This document shows, piece after piece, positions 18,981 through 28,818 of a DNA stretch of 64,000 nt (positions are counted from its first letter, which is position 1; the number at the start of each line of letters is the position of its first letter). The translations under genes were made by a program, and so were the position numbers. The DNA comes from Micromonospora sonneratiae (GTDB taxonomy: Bacteria; Actinomycetota; Actinomycetes; Mycobacteriales; Micromonosporaceae), in assembly GCF_042679305.1 (NCBI RefSeq), contig NZ_JBHTMP010000017.1:13551-77550 (forward strand). The letters are read 5' to 3'. The notes under the pieces are model-generated. The model searched no databases. It saw only the letters and a program-made list of their open reading frames with translations, and had not been told where the DNA came from.

Positions 18981-19358
18981 ATGGGCTTCCTGATCCGGCT
19001 CGTGATCACAGCGATCGCGTTGTGGATCACTACCCTGGTGGTGCCCGGCATCGAGGTGAGTGGCCGGTCCGCCGGGGTCAATGCGCTGACGTTGCTGGCG
19101 GTTGCGTTGATCTTCGGCATCGTCAACGCGGTGCTGAAACCGATCATCAAGGTGGTCGGCTGTGTGTTCTACCTCCTTACGTTGGGTCTGATCGCGCTGG
19201 TCGTCAACGCGTTGCTCTTCCTGCTGACCGACTGGATCGCCGGCCAACTCGACCTGCCGTTCAAGGTGGATGGTTTCTGGCCGGCCTTTTGGGGTGCGAT
19301 CGTGGTGGCGGTGGTCAGCTGGCTGATCAGCCTGGTGATCCCGGAACCGTCGGATTAG
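18981..19358 (+). CDS. Four-TM phage-holin-superfamily-IV-like membrane protein
   Basis: MGFLIRLVITAIALWITTLVVPGIEV...IFGIVNAVLKPIIKVVGCVFYLLTLGLIALVVNALLFLLTDWI, the pattern of actinobacterial 4-TMS holin-family proteins. Confidence 0.7.
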   Translation: MGFLIRLVITAIALWITTLVVPGIEVSGRSAGVNALTLLAVALIFGIVNAVLKPIIKVVGCVFYLLTLGLIALVVNALLFLLTDWIAGQLDLPFKVDGFWPAFWGAIVVAVVSWLISLVIPEPSD

Positions 19359-19523
19359 GGCTGCCCCGATCGTCGAGGCCAGGCGAGGAAGCGCGGGATC
19401 CGGGTCGGTTGTGCCGGCTCGGACGCTCTACGGGATACTGCCCGCGGAGGACAGCGCGGTCCGGCGCACCCATGGAAGACAGCGGCCGTCGTGGCCGAGA
19501 GCGGTTAGTAAGGAGCGTTTGAC

Positions 19524-20549
19524 ATGCCCATCGCTTCCCCCGAGGTCTACGCCGAGATGCTCGACCGTGCCAAGGCCGGCCGGTACGCGTATCCCGCGAT
19601 CAACGTGACGTCCTCGCAGACCCTCAACGCCGCCCTGAAGGGCTTCGCCGACGCAGAGAGCGACGGCATCATCCAGGTGTCCACCGGTGGCGCGGAGTAC
19701 CTCTCCGGTCCGAGCATCAAGGACATGGTCAGCGGTGCGGTCGCCTTCGCTGCGTACGCCCGCGAGGTGGCCAAGAACTACCCGGTGAACATCGCGTTGC
19801 ACACCGACCACTGCCCCAAGGACAAGCTGGACAAGTTCGTCCGTCCGCTGATGCAGATCTCGAAGGAGCGGGTGGCGCGCGGTGAGGAGCCGCTGTTCCA
19901 GTCGCACATGTGGGACGGCTCCGCCGTGCCGGTCGCCGAGAACCTGGAGATCGCCGCCGGGCTGCTGGACGAGGCCGCCCAGGCCAAGATCGTCCTGGAG
20001 ATCGAGGTCGGCGTCGTCGGTGGTGAGGAGGATGGCGTCGAGAACGCCATCAACGACAAGCTCTACACCACCATCTCCGACGGTCTGGCCATGGTCGAGG
20101 CGCTCGGCCTCGGCGAGAAGGGCCGCTACATGGCGGCGCTGACCTTCGGCAACGTGCACGGCGTGTACAAGCCGGGCAACGTCAAGCTCCGCCCGGAGAT
20201 CCTCCGGGAGATCCAGGACGCGGTCGCCGCCAAGTACGGCAAGGACAAGCCGCTCAGCCTGGTCTTCCACGGCGGGTCCGGTTCGCTGCTCTCCGAGATC
20301 CGCGAGGCGCTCGACTACGGCGTGGTGAAGATGAACATCGACACCGACACCCAGTACTGCTTCACCCGGCCGGTCGCGGACCACATGCTCCGCAACTACG
20401 ACGGCGTGCTGAAGGTGGATGGCGAGGTCGGCAACAAGAAGCTGTACGACCCGCGGGTCTGGGGCAAGCAGGCTGAGGCGGGCATGGCCCAGCGGGTCGT
20501 CGAGGCGTGTGAGCACCTGCGCTCGACGGGCACCAAGCTCGGCAAGTAG
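19524..20549 (+). CDS. fba: Class II fructose-bisphosphate aldolase
   Basis: YAYPAINVTSSQTLNAAL, LHTDHC, MWDGS, FGNVHGVYKPGNVKL, LVFHGGSGS. Confidence 0.95.
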   Translation: MPIASPEVYAEMLDRAKAGRYAYPAINVTSSQTLNAALKGFADAESDGIIQVSTGGAEYLSGPSIKDMVSGAVAFAAYAREVAKNYPVNIALHTDHCPKDKLDKFVRPLMQISKERVARGEEPLFQSHMWDGSAVPVAENLEIAAGLLDEAAQAKIVLEIEVGVVGGEEDGVENAINDKLYTTISDGLAMVEALGLGEKGRYMAALTFGNVHGVYKPGNVKLRPEILREIQDAVAAKYGKDKPLSLVFHGGSGSLLSEIREALDYGVVKMNIDTDTQYCFTRPVADHMLRNYDGVLKVDGEVGNKKLYDPRVWGKQAEAGMAQRVVEACEHLRSTGTKLGK

Positions 20550-20577
20550 GCGCTGAGCGCCCGCTGACAGCACACCG

Positions 20578-20611
20578 TACGGCCGGTTTCCCACCCGGGG
20601 AGCCGGCCGTA
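20578..20611 (+). terminator. fba terminator hairpin
   Basis: 9-bp stem TACGGCCGG / CCGGCCGTA followed by GGCCTTTCT, 29 nt after the stop. Confidence 0.55.
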
Positions 20612-20647
20612 GGCCTTTCTGCCCGGGATCCCGTTCCGCCTGCTTTC

Positions 20648-20727
20648 CCCGGTAACCGGGTAACCGGGTAACCGGGTAACCGGGTAACCCGGGTAACCGG
20701 GTAACCCGGGTAACCCGGGTAACCCGG
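20648..20727. repeat. Intergenic tandem array of about 9-10 units of CCGGGTAA(C)
   Basis: Read directly: ccggtaaccgggtaaccgggtaaccgggtaaccgggtaacccgggtaaccgggtaacccgggtaacccgggtaacccgg. Units are 8 or 9 bp, each containing the quasi-palindrome GGTAACC. Confidence 0.9.
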
Positions 20728-20939
20728 CAGCGTGCCGGGTAGGGGCACGGAAGAGGGCCCGGTGGCACAGGGCGACCAGGCCCTCCTGCCGGATCCTGGG
20801 GAGGGTTCCGGTCCCCTATTTCTAGTCGAGCCGATGGTCACCCGCACCGGCCGCTTGCGTGACGAACACCTCGGCCGTTCAGCCAACCAACCGCTCACAC
20901 CACTCGCCACCGGGGTGCTGCGCCAGGTTGAATGGTCCG

Positions 20940-21368
20940 ATGCAGAATCTGTTGCCCGAACCGCCTGCCACGCTCCTGCCCGGCGACCCGGCCGCCGAGG
21001 CGGCCCTCGCCCAAGCCGAGCAGGCGCAGACAGACGAGGCGTACGCCGCAGCTGCGGCACAGTTCCCGACCTTCAGCGCGGCCTGGGCTGCGCTGGCCGC
21101 GCGGGCCTTCGCCGCCGGCCAGGTCGTCCAGACGTACGCCTTCGCGCGGACCGGCTACCACCGGGGCCTGGACCAGCTGCGCCGTAGCGGCTGGAAGGGG
21201 CACGGTCCGGTACCGTGGGCGCATGGTCCCAACCGTGGCTTCCTGCGCTGCCTGCACCTGTTGTCCCGAGCTGCCGGCGAGATCGGTGAGTCGGACGAGG
21301 CAGCCCGGTGTGCCCAGTTCCTCCGCGACTGCGACCCGGCCGCAGGCGACGCGCTCGCCGGCAGCTGA
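20940..21368 (+). CDS. DUF3151-like protein (commonly next to fba in actinobacteria)
   Basis: MQNLLPEPPATLLPGDP...YAFARTGYHRGLDQLRRSGWKGHGPVPWAHGPNRGFLRCL. ATG 20940 preferred over the longer ORF. Confidence 0.7.
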   Translation: MQNLLPEPPATLLPGDPAAEAALAQAEQAQTDEAYAAAAAQFPTFSAAWAALAARAFAAGQVVQTYAFARTGYHRGLDQLRRSGWKGHGPVPWAHGPNRGFLRCLHLLSRAAGEIGESDEAARCAQFLRDCDPAAGDALAGS

Positions 21369-21563
21369 GCCGGTCAGCCGGCAGTCGGGCAGGCCGAACC
21401 GATCCTCGCCCAGCCCCCTGCCGGCTCACTACCGCGTCAGCCCGACCTGCCACTACCTCAGCCTGACCCGCCACTACCGGCCGATCAGTCGCTGATCACG
21501 CCGGTTGGTGGCGTCGGTCTCCAGCTGATGCGTCCGTCCCCGGCTGAAGATCCTGGTTGCGCC

Positions 21564-23810
21564 CTACAGCCCCTCGGCCACGGCAGCGGCGATCTTCAAC
21601 CAGGCATCCTTGGTGGCGGAGGAGAGCTGGCCGTACCGGATCGGCTCCCCGGCGTCGATCAGGCGTTCGTACGGGGCCAGTAGGACGGCTCTGGTCCGGG
21701 CCGCGAAGTGCTGTTGAATCGCCGGCAGGTCGATCTCCTTGCGTGACGGTGGCATCGACACGACCGTCACCGCCTGCCGGACCAGGCGCTGTCGTCCGCT
21801 CTGTTCGAGATGGTCGAGCATCCGCGCCGCAGTCTCGGCCGAGTCGTTCCGGGCCGACATGGTTATCAGTAGCTGGTCGGTCGCGTCGATCGCGGCCTGC
21901 CAGTTCTGTGCCCGTACGTTGTTACCGGTGTCCACGAAGATCAACTTGTAGAACCGGCTGACCACCTCACGGAGTTCGGCGAACGCGCTGGCCGTCAGCA
22001 TCTCGCCACCGGTGGCGGACTCGTCGGAGGCGAGTACGTCGAACATGCCCTCGCCCTGAGAACGGACATACTGGGACAGGTCGCCGACCCGCCCGTGCGC
22101 TCCCTGGAACTGGCCGAGATCGCGGAGCAGGTCGCGGACGGTACGGGCGTGGAAGTCCTGCTGCGCCCGCATCCCGAGGGTGCCCTGGGTCTCGTTGTTG
22201 TCCCAGGCCAGCACGTACCCGCCACGCCTCTGACCGAAGGTCATCGCCAGCAGCAGGATCGCCACGGTCTTACCGGCGCCGCCCTTGGGATTGACGACGG
22301 TCACCTGCCGCAGGCCGCCGAAGTTACGGCGGACGGTATCGATGTCCTGCCTGACCTCCTGCTCGTGCCGGCCGGGTGAGAGCCGTACCAGACCCAGCGA
22401 GGTCCGGTTGACCGCAGCCCGGAGGCCCATGGTGGCGACCGGGTCGGGTGGGCGGACCGCCCGGCGACGTGCGAACTCGTCGGCCGTCGGGGCCGAGTTT
22501 TCCGGCGTCCAGACTGGTTCGGGATAGGCCGGCCCGGGTTGGGGCGGCATCCGGACCACACCGGGGGCGTCCTGGAACGGCTGCTGCGGTACCGGGGTGA
22601 CACCGGGATACCGCTCGCCCCGGGGACCGGGGATCCCCGGTGGCGTCGGTGGTCCGGGCGGTACGGCATCGCCCGGCCGGTACACCGGTGTCGGCCAACC
22701 GGGCATCGGTGCCGGCGGTCCGGGAGGTGCCGGCGGGTGCATGGACGGCGTGGGCGGATATCCGGCCGGAGTCGGGCGTGCGGGGCCGGGAGGAGCCGCA
22801 GGAGAACCGGTTCCGGCCGGACTGGTCGGGTGGGCCGCTGGCTCCGGTGCGGGCGGGTACGGTGCTCCGCCGGGCGGCGATACCGGGTGGGATCCGCCGC
22901 CGGGCGGCGATACCGGGTGGGATCCGCCCTGGGGCGGCGACTGCCGGGGCTCGGGAGCCCGGGGAACAGGTGGTGCGGCGGTGCCACGGGCCGTCGGCGG
23001 GCGCTGCGGAGGTTGCGCCCACGGCGACTGTGCGGCCTGCGGCAGGGTGGCAGGTCCTTCGGCGGGCTCGGGGCCACCGACCATCGGGGTGTCCATGGTG
23101 AACGGTTGGTCGAGGGTGACGGGCAGAGCGGCGCGGGTCGACGCTCTGCCAGCGACCGGGTCGGAGTTGGCCGACGGCTCGGAACCGGCTTCCGGGTCGG
23201 GACCCTGCTGATCCGGGGCAGCCGGCCGGTCGGTGTCCGACTCGGGCTGGTCACCGAGTTTCGGCTGCGGCTGGTCACTGGCGGGTGCTGCCGGAACACT
23301 CGGGTTGCCCGGGCCCAGGTCGGTGCCGGGGGACACCGGTGCGGTGGGGGGAGTTGGCGGCCCGACCACGGGCCAGGCGCGGGTGGGCAGGTCCGCCGGT
23401 GGCGTGCCCTGCTGGTTCGGCGGGACCGGGCCCGGCCCGGGCGGGTACGACGGCGGCCCGGGTGGCGTTGCCTGCTGGTTCGGCGGTCCGGGTGGGTAAG
23501 TCGGCGGCCCGGGCTGGTACGTCGGCGGACCGGGTGGGTACGACGGCGGACCGGGTGGGTACGACGGCGGTCCGGGCGGATAGACCGGGCCGGGTGGCGT
23601 GGCCTGCTGGTTCGGCGGGACCGGTCCGGGGACTGGCGGGTGGGCGAGGGGAGCGCCATGGCCGGGGTGACCGCCGTCGGGTTGTGGCTGCCCCGGACTT
23701 GCCCACGGCTCTGCCGCCAACTCGTCCGGTGCCCAGAACGGCTCGACATCGCGCTGTGGGATCGCTCCCTGACCTGGTACGTGAACCCGGTCCGTGTGCT
23801 CGTCCTGCAC
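21564..23810 (-). CDS. MinD/ParA-family P-loop ATPase with ~470-aa Pro-rich disordered N-terminal region
   Basis: C-terminal domain has the deviant Walker A VVNPKGGAGKTV and Walker B-like KLIFVDTGN. The N-terminus is PPGPPSYPPGPP and GGSHPVSPPG repeats. Other ORFs over this span are alternative frames of the same Pro/Gly-rich DNA. Confidence 0.8.
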   Translation of the reverse strand: MQDEHTDRVHVPGQGAIPQRDVEPFWAPDELAAEPWASPGQPQPDGGHPGHGAPLAHPPVPGPVPPNQQATPPGPVYPPGPPSYPPGPPSYPPGPPTYQPGPPTYPPGPPNQQATPPGPPSYPPGPGPVPPNQQGTPPADLPTRAWPVVGPPTPPTAPVSPGTDLGPGNPSVPAAPASDQPQPKLGDQPESDTDRPAAPDQQGPDPEAGSEPSANSDPVAGRASTRAALPVTLDQPFTMDTPMVGGPEPAEGPATLPQAAQSPWAQPPQRPPTARGTAAPPVPRAPEPRQSPPQGGSHPVSPPGGGSHPVSPPGGAPYPPAPEPAAHPTSPAGTGSPAAPPGPARPTPAGYPPTPSMHPPAPPGPPAPMPGWPTPVYRPGDAVPPGPPTPPGIPGPRGERYPGVTPVPQQPFQDAPGVVRMPPQPGPAYPEPVWTPENSAPTADEFARRRAVRPPDPVATMGLRAAVNRTSLGLVRLSPGRHEQEVRQDIDTVRRNFGGLRQVTVVNPKGGAGKTVAILLLAMTFGQRRGGYVLAWDNNETQGTLGMRAQQDFHARTVRDLLRDLGQFQGAHGRVGDLSQYVRSQGEGMFDVLASDESATGGEMLTASAFAELREVVSRFYKLIFVDTGNNVRAQNWQAAIDATDQLLITMSARNDSAETAARMLDHLEQSGRQRLVRQAVTVVSMPPSRKEIDLPAIQQHFAARTRAVLLAPYERLIDAGEPIRYGQLSSATKDAWLKIAAAVAEGL

Positions 23811-23898
23811 AGTCCACCTCCCCCTTCCTTGCCCGAGGATATGCCGGTCGATCAGTATCAGCCGGGCAGCGAAGCCAACCGCAGCCTCGCACAGGAGA

Positions 23899-24885
23899 TC
23901 AGCGGTCGAACACCGCCCATGCGCCCGGCTCGATCCACCACGAGCGTTTCCGGCTCAGCTCGCCGGCCACCCCATCGTCCAGGTACGGCAGGCTGCCGTC
24001 GCGGGGCGTGATGGCGACAGCTCGCCCGCGAGCCCGCCGTACCTCGATGCGTACCCGCTTTTTACCTAACCGTGATCGGGTGACAACCGGAACGGCCACA
24101 GCGACCTCGATTACGCCGTTGGCGGGGTCGGCCCCGGTCAGCAGGGGAACCGGGTCGAGCGTGGCGTAGCCGTTGCCGTTGCCGACCGCGCAGGCCATGA
24201 TCGGGTCGTCGCCCTCGGAGAGAACGGCGTCGTCGACCTCGACCCGACCACGCCAGGGCAACGGTCGGCCGTCCTCGTCGGCGCCACCGAGCAGGGCGCC
24301 GTCGAGGGTGACCGAGCCACCGTCGTTGCGGAGCAGGTCGAGCCGGCGGACCCGGCCGTCGAGTACGGCGGCGGCCACCTCCGCCGGATCACGGGGCAGT
24401 CCCAACTGTCCGGCCAGATCGGCGTGATCGCTGCTCCGGGCCGGGTCGAGGGGGAGGATCGCGACCGGTGGAAGGTCGGGAACGGTTCGGTTGCCGGCGA
24501 GGTCGGCGGGACGCCGGCTGGGCGGCGGGGCGTACCGGCGGACCAGCCGACGCATCACGGCCCGTAACTGTCCGTCACTGGCGGTAGCAACCACGAGTCG
24601 GGTCTTGCTGTCGTCGTCCGGCCAGGTGAGCCCGTCCGGCCGGGCGGGACCGTCAAGTCTGGATAGCACCGCGTCGATTTCCTTGTCGGAGTTCGCGGTG
24701 ACCGTTTCGACCCGTGCACCCCGGGTCGTGAGAGCATCTGCGCAGTTCAGCACGGGTACGCGCGGTGTCTCTGCGCATTTTTCGTCGCCCGGTCCGGGTG
24801 CGGATCCGCAGCAGGCACCACCGCTGGCACAGCCTGCCGAGTCATCGCGACCGGCTCCGAGGGTGAGCAGCACCACGTCGTACAC
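23899..24885 (-). CDS. Hypothetical protein, possibly a degenerate DAG-kinase/NAD-kinase-like fold
   Basis: Good GC3 and length. LVVATASDGQLRAVMRRL resembles the GGDGT segment of DAGK_cat but is degenerate. Cys-rich N-terminus CASGGACCGS. The functional call is weak. Confidence 0.55.
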   Translation of the reverse strand: MYDVVLLTLGAGRDDSAGCASGGACCGSAPGPGDEKCAETPRVPVLNCADALTTRGARVETVTANSDKEIDAVLSRLDGPARPDGLTWPDDDSKTRLVVATASDGQLRAVMRRLVRRYAPPPSRRPADLAGNRTVPDLPPVAILPLDPARSSDHADLAGQLGLPRDPAEVAAAVLDGRVRRLDLLRNDGGSVTLDGALLGGADEDGRPLPWRGRVEVDDAVLSEGDDPIMACAVGNGNGYATLDPVPLLTGADPANGVIEVAVAVPVVTRSRLGKKRVRIEVRRARGRAVAITPRDGSLPYLDDGVAGELSRKRSWWIEPGAWAVFDR

Positions 24886-25007
24886 GTAGGTGTCCTCCTG
24901 CCTCTCACACGGCCTCTGCCGGCCGGGTCGTCACTTCTTGTTAATCTGGGCCCTCGGGCTCGCCGCGCGGTCGCCACCTGGCACCCGGGCCCCGTGAAGG
25001 CGGGTAG

Positions 25008-26300
<1,293 letters not shown>

Positions 26301-26342
26301 CCCACCCCACCCCTGCCCCTGCCCCTGCCCCTGCCCCTATGC

Positions 26343-26403
26343 GTTGATCATGAAGTTGTTGTCGCAAAAACCGGCGTGTCGCGGTGACAACTTCATGATC
26401 AAC
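26343..26403. repeat. Palindromic element copy 1 (probable purA terminator)
   Basis: GTTGATCATGAAGTTGTTGTC...GACAACTTCATGATCAAC, a 17-bp perfect stem. Homologous in both arms and part of the loop (AAACCGGC) to the copy at 27446-27506. Confidence 0.85.
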
Positions 26404-26435
26404 CCGGGCGGGCAACGCGGGTGGGGCGTGGGAAA

Positions 26436-26480
26436 GTTATCCACAGGGGGCGTTCCGTTACCCGGGGTTATCCACAGGGG
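26436..26480 (+). promoter_or_regulatory. Two direct repeats GTTATCCACAGGGG, 31 bp apart (candidate operator)
   Basis: Copies at 26436-26449 and 26467-26480, 40-80 nt upstream of the DUF559-like gene. Each contains TTATCCACA. Confidence 0.4.
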
Positions 26481-26517
26481 CTTGGATTGATCTTTGCGGG
26501 CCGCGACAGTGGCCTCC

Positions 26518-27450
26518 ATGGATTCGATGACGCTGATTCGGAAGATTGCCGCTAGCCAGGACGGGACCGTCACGCTCACCCAGGCGAACGCGGCTGGTCT
26601 GACCGTTCACGAGGTGCACCGACTGTGCCGTTCCGGACGTTGGCGTCGCCTGGCCAGAGCCGGCTATCTCGTTGATGCCGACCGGTACGCGGAGATCCCG
26701 CGCCGGGTACGCATCCGGGCCGCCGTCGCGTCGTTCGGCCGGAGTGCGGCGGCGGTGCTGGACACTGCCGCAGAGCTGCACGGGATCGCGGGCACTCGGC
26801 GGACGGAGGCGATTCACGTCTCCCTGCCAGGTCCAGCCGTCCGGCCCAGCCGGGACACCGATCCAGCTGTGATCATCCATCAACTGACCATCGGTGCGGC
26901 GCAGCTCTGCGACGTGGCGGGTATCCCGGTCACTCGTCCGGTGCGTACGGTTGCCGACATCATCGTCCGCGCGGACCGTTTCACGGCCGTCTCGGTGCTC
27001 GACTCGGCGGTCAACCGCCAGGTTGTCACGGCAGAGGAGTTCGCGATGATTCCGGGGCTGATCCGTGGCCGACGTGGTGCCGTCGCCGCTCGCGGTTACC
27101 TTGCCGAGTGCGATGGACGCGCCCAGTCGCCGCTGGAGACAAGGTTGAGGCTGCGGTGTGTGGACGGCAGGGTGGCGCCTGACGTGTTGCAGCATGAGGT
27201 TCGCGACCGGGACGGCTGTCTGCTCGGCGTCGGTGATCTGGCCTGGCTGGCGGCACGCCTGATCGGGGAGGCGGATGGCCGGGAGGTGCACGGCACGCCT
27301 GAGGCCGTCTACCAGGACCGGTGGCGGCAGAACCGGATCGTCAATGCCGGTTGGCGGATTCTGCGGTTCACCTGGGACGACACGATGCGGCCGGACTACA
27401 TCCCGTTCGTCGTCCGGAATGCGCTCGCTGCCTCCCCTCTACCGCGTTGA
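26518..27450 (+). CDS. AbiEi-like wHTH N-terminus + DUF559 (Vsr-like endonuclease fold) C-terminus protein
   Basis: N-terminus LIRKIAASQDGTVTLTQANAAGLTVHEVHRLCRSGRWRRLARAGYL. C-terminus SPLETRLRL...GEADGREVHGTPEAVYQDRWRQNRIVNAGWRILRFTWDD. Start ATG 26518 or TTG 26494. The stop TGA lies inside palindromic copy 2. Confidence 0.8.
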   Translation: MDSMTLIRKIAASQDGTVTLTQANAAGLTVHEVHRLCRSGRWRRLARAGYLVDADRYAEIPRRVRIRAAVASFGRSAAAVLDTAAELHGIAGTRRTEAIHVSLPGPAVRPSRDTDPAVIIHQLTIGAAQLCDVAGIPVTRPVRTVADIIVRADRFTAVSVLDSAVNRQVVTAEEFAMIPGLIRGRRGAVAARGYLAECDGRAQSPLETRLRLRCVDGRVAPDVLQHEVRDRDGCLLGVGDLAWLAARLIGEADGREVHGTPEAVYQDRWRQNRIVNAGWRILRFTWDDTMRPDYIPFVVRNALAASPLPR

Positions 27451-27506
27451 TCATGAAGCTGTTGTCCGAAACCGGCCCGATTCTGGACAACAACTTCATG
27501 ATCAAC
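27446..27506. repeat. Palindromic element copy 2
   Basis: GTTGATCATGAAGCTGTTGTCC...GGACAACAACTTCATGATCAAC, a 22-bp stem with one mismatch, 35 nt upstream of the purD start. Confidence 0.85.
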
Positions 27507-27540
27507 GGGGAGGGAGGGGGGGCGCGTAGGATCGGGCATC

Positions 27541-28794
27541 GTGCGCGTACTTCTCATCGGAAGCGGCGGGCGGGAGCATGCGCTCGCGCTCGGCCTGGCC
27601 GCTGATCCCTCGGTCCAGCAGCTCACCGCCGCCCCGGGCAACCCCGGCATCGCCACCGTCGCCGAGTTGCGCCAGGTGGACGCCGTCGACCCGGCCAGCG
27701 TCGCCGCGCTTGCGGTGGAGACCGGCGCCGACCTCGTGGTGATCGGCCCGGAGGCCCCGCTGGTGGCCGGGGTCGCCGACGCCGTACGCGCCAAGGGCAT
27801 CGCCTGCTTCGGCCCGTCCGCCGCCGCCGCGCAACTGGAGGGCTCGAAGGCGTTCGCCAAGGAGATCATGACGGCGGCCGGGGTGCCGACCGCCCGCGCC
27901 CCCACCTGCGTGACCGCCGAAGAGGCGGAACACGCGCTGGACGACTTCGGTGCGCCGTACGTGGTCAAGGACGACGGGCTGGCCGCCGGAAAGGGCGTGG
28001 TGGTGACCGACGACCGGGCCGTCGCGCTGGCCCACGCGGCTGCCTGTGAGCGGGTGGTGGTCGAGGAGTACCTCGCCGGACCCGAGGTTTCGCTGTTCGT
28101 GGTCACCGACGGCGAGGCAGCGGTGCCGCTGCTCCCGGCACAGGACTTCAAGCGGATCGGCGACGGCGACACCGGCCCGAACACGGGTGGCATGGGGGCG
28201 TACGCGCCACTGCCCTGGGCGCCGGCCGGACTGGTCGACGAGGTCATGCGCGACGTGGTGCATCCGACGCTGGCCGAGATGCGTCGCCGGGGCACGCCCT
28301 TCGCCGGCCTGCTCTACGTCGGCTTGGCGATCACCGCCACCGGTCCGAAGGTGATCGAGTTCAACGCCCGGTTCGGCGACCCGGAGACCCAGGTCGTACT
28401 CGCCCTGCTGGAGACGCCGCTGGCCGGGCTGCTGCACGCCGCCGCGACCGGCACGCTCGGCCAGCAGCCACCGCTGCGCTGGCGGCCGGGTTCGGCGGTC
28501 ACCGTCGTGGTCGCCGCCGCGGGCTACCCGGACGCGCCGCGCACCGGTGATGTGATCACCGGTGCGGACCAGCCCGGGATCATCCACGCCGGCACCCGTC
28601 GGGACGCCGACGGTACGTTGCGCTCCTCGGGCGGCCGGGTCCTCTGTGGTACGGCCATCGGCCCGGATCTCACCGCTGCGCGGGAAGCGGCGTACGCCCT
28701 GGTCGACGGGGTTGGCCTGGCCGAGTCCCAGCATCGGCGGGACATCGCCCTGGCGGCGGCGCAGGGACGGATCCAGCCCCCGACCGCCGGCTGA
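27541..28794 (+). CDS. purD: Phosphoribosylamine--glycine ligase
   Basis: GTG start. VRVLLIGSGGREHALA, ATP-grasp core YVVKDDGLAAGKGV, GDTGPNTGGMGAY, EFNARFGDPETQ. Confidence 0.95.
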   Translation: MRVLLIGSGGREHALALGLAADPSVQQLTAAPGNPGIATVAELRQVDAVDPASVAALAVETGADLVVIGPEAPLVAGVADAVRAKGIACFGPSAAAAQLEGSKAFAKEIMTAAGVPTARAPTCVTAEEAEHALDDFGAPYVVKDDGLAAGKGVVVTDDRAVALAHAAACERVVVEEYLAGPEVSLFVVTDGEAAVPLLPAQDFKRIGDGDTGPNTGGMGAYAPLPWAPAGLVDEVMRDVVHPTLAEMRRRGTPFAGLLYVGLAITATGPKVIEFNARFGDPETQVVLALLETPLAGLLHAAATGTLGQQPPLRWRPGSAVTVVVAAAGYPDAPRTGDVITGADQPGIIHAGTRRDADGTLRSSGGRVLCGTAIGPDLTAAREAAYALVDGVGLAESQHRRDIALAAAQGRIQPPTAG

Positions 28795-28818
28795 TGGTCC
28801 AGGCCGGGGGCTGAGGGC

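Noticed and set aside
20648-20727. CRISPR array (also considered for 55456-55521 and 59610-59689)
   Set aside because: The units are contiguous, 8-22 bp long, and have no unique spacers and no cas genes. They are simple tandem repeats.
22301-24011. Multiple 200-490-aa ORFs on both strands across 22300-24000
   Set aside because: All are alternative frames of the Pro/Gly-repeat DNA that encodes the N-terminus of the ParA-like protein. Only one frame connects to the ATPase domain.
26310-26338. (CCCCTG)x4-5 microsatellite just after the purA stop
   Set aside because: It is a real but very short simple repeat. I treat it as part of the low-complexity purA 3' flank, not as a separate functional element.
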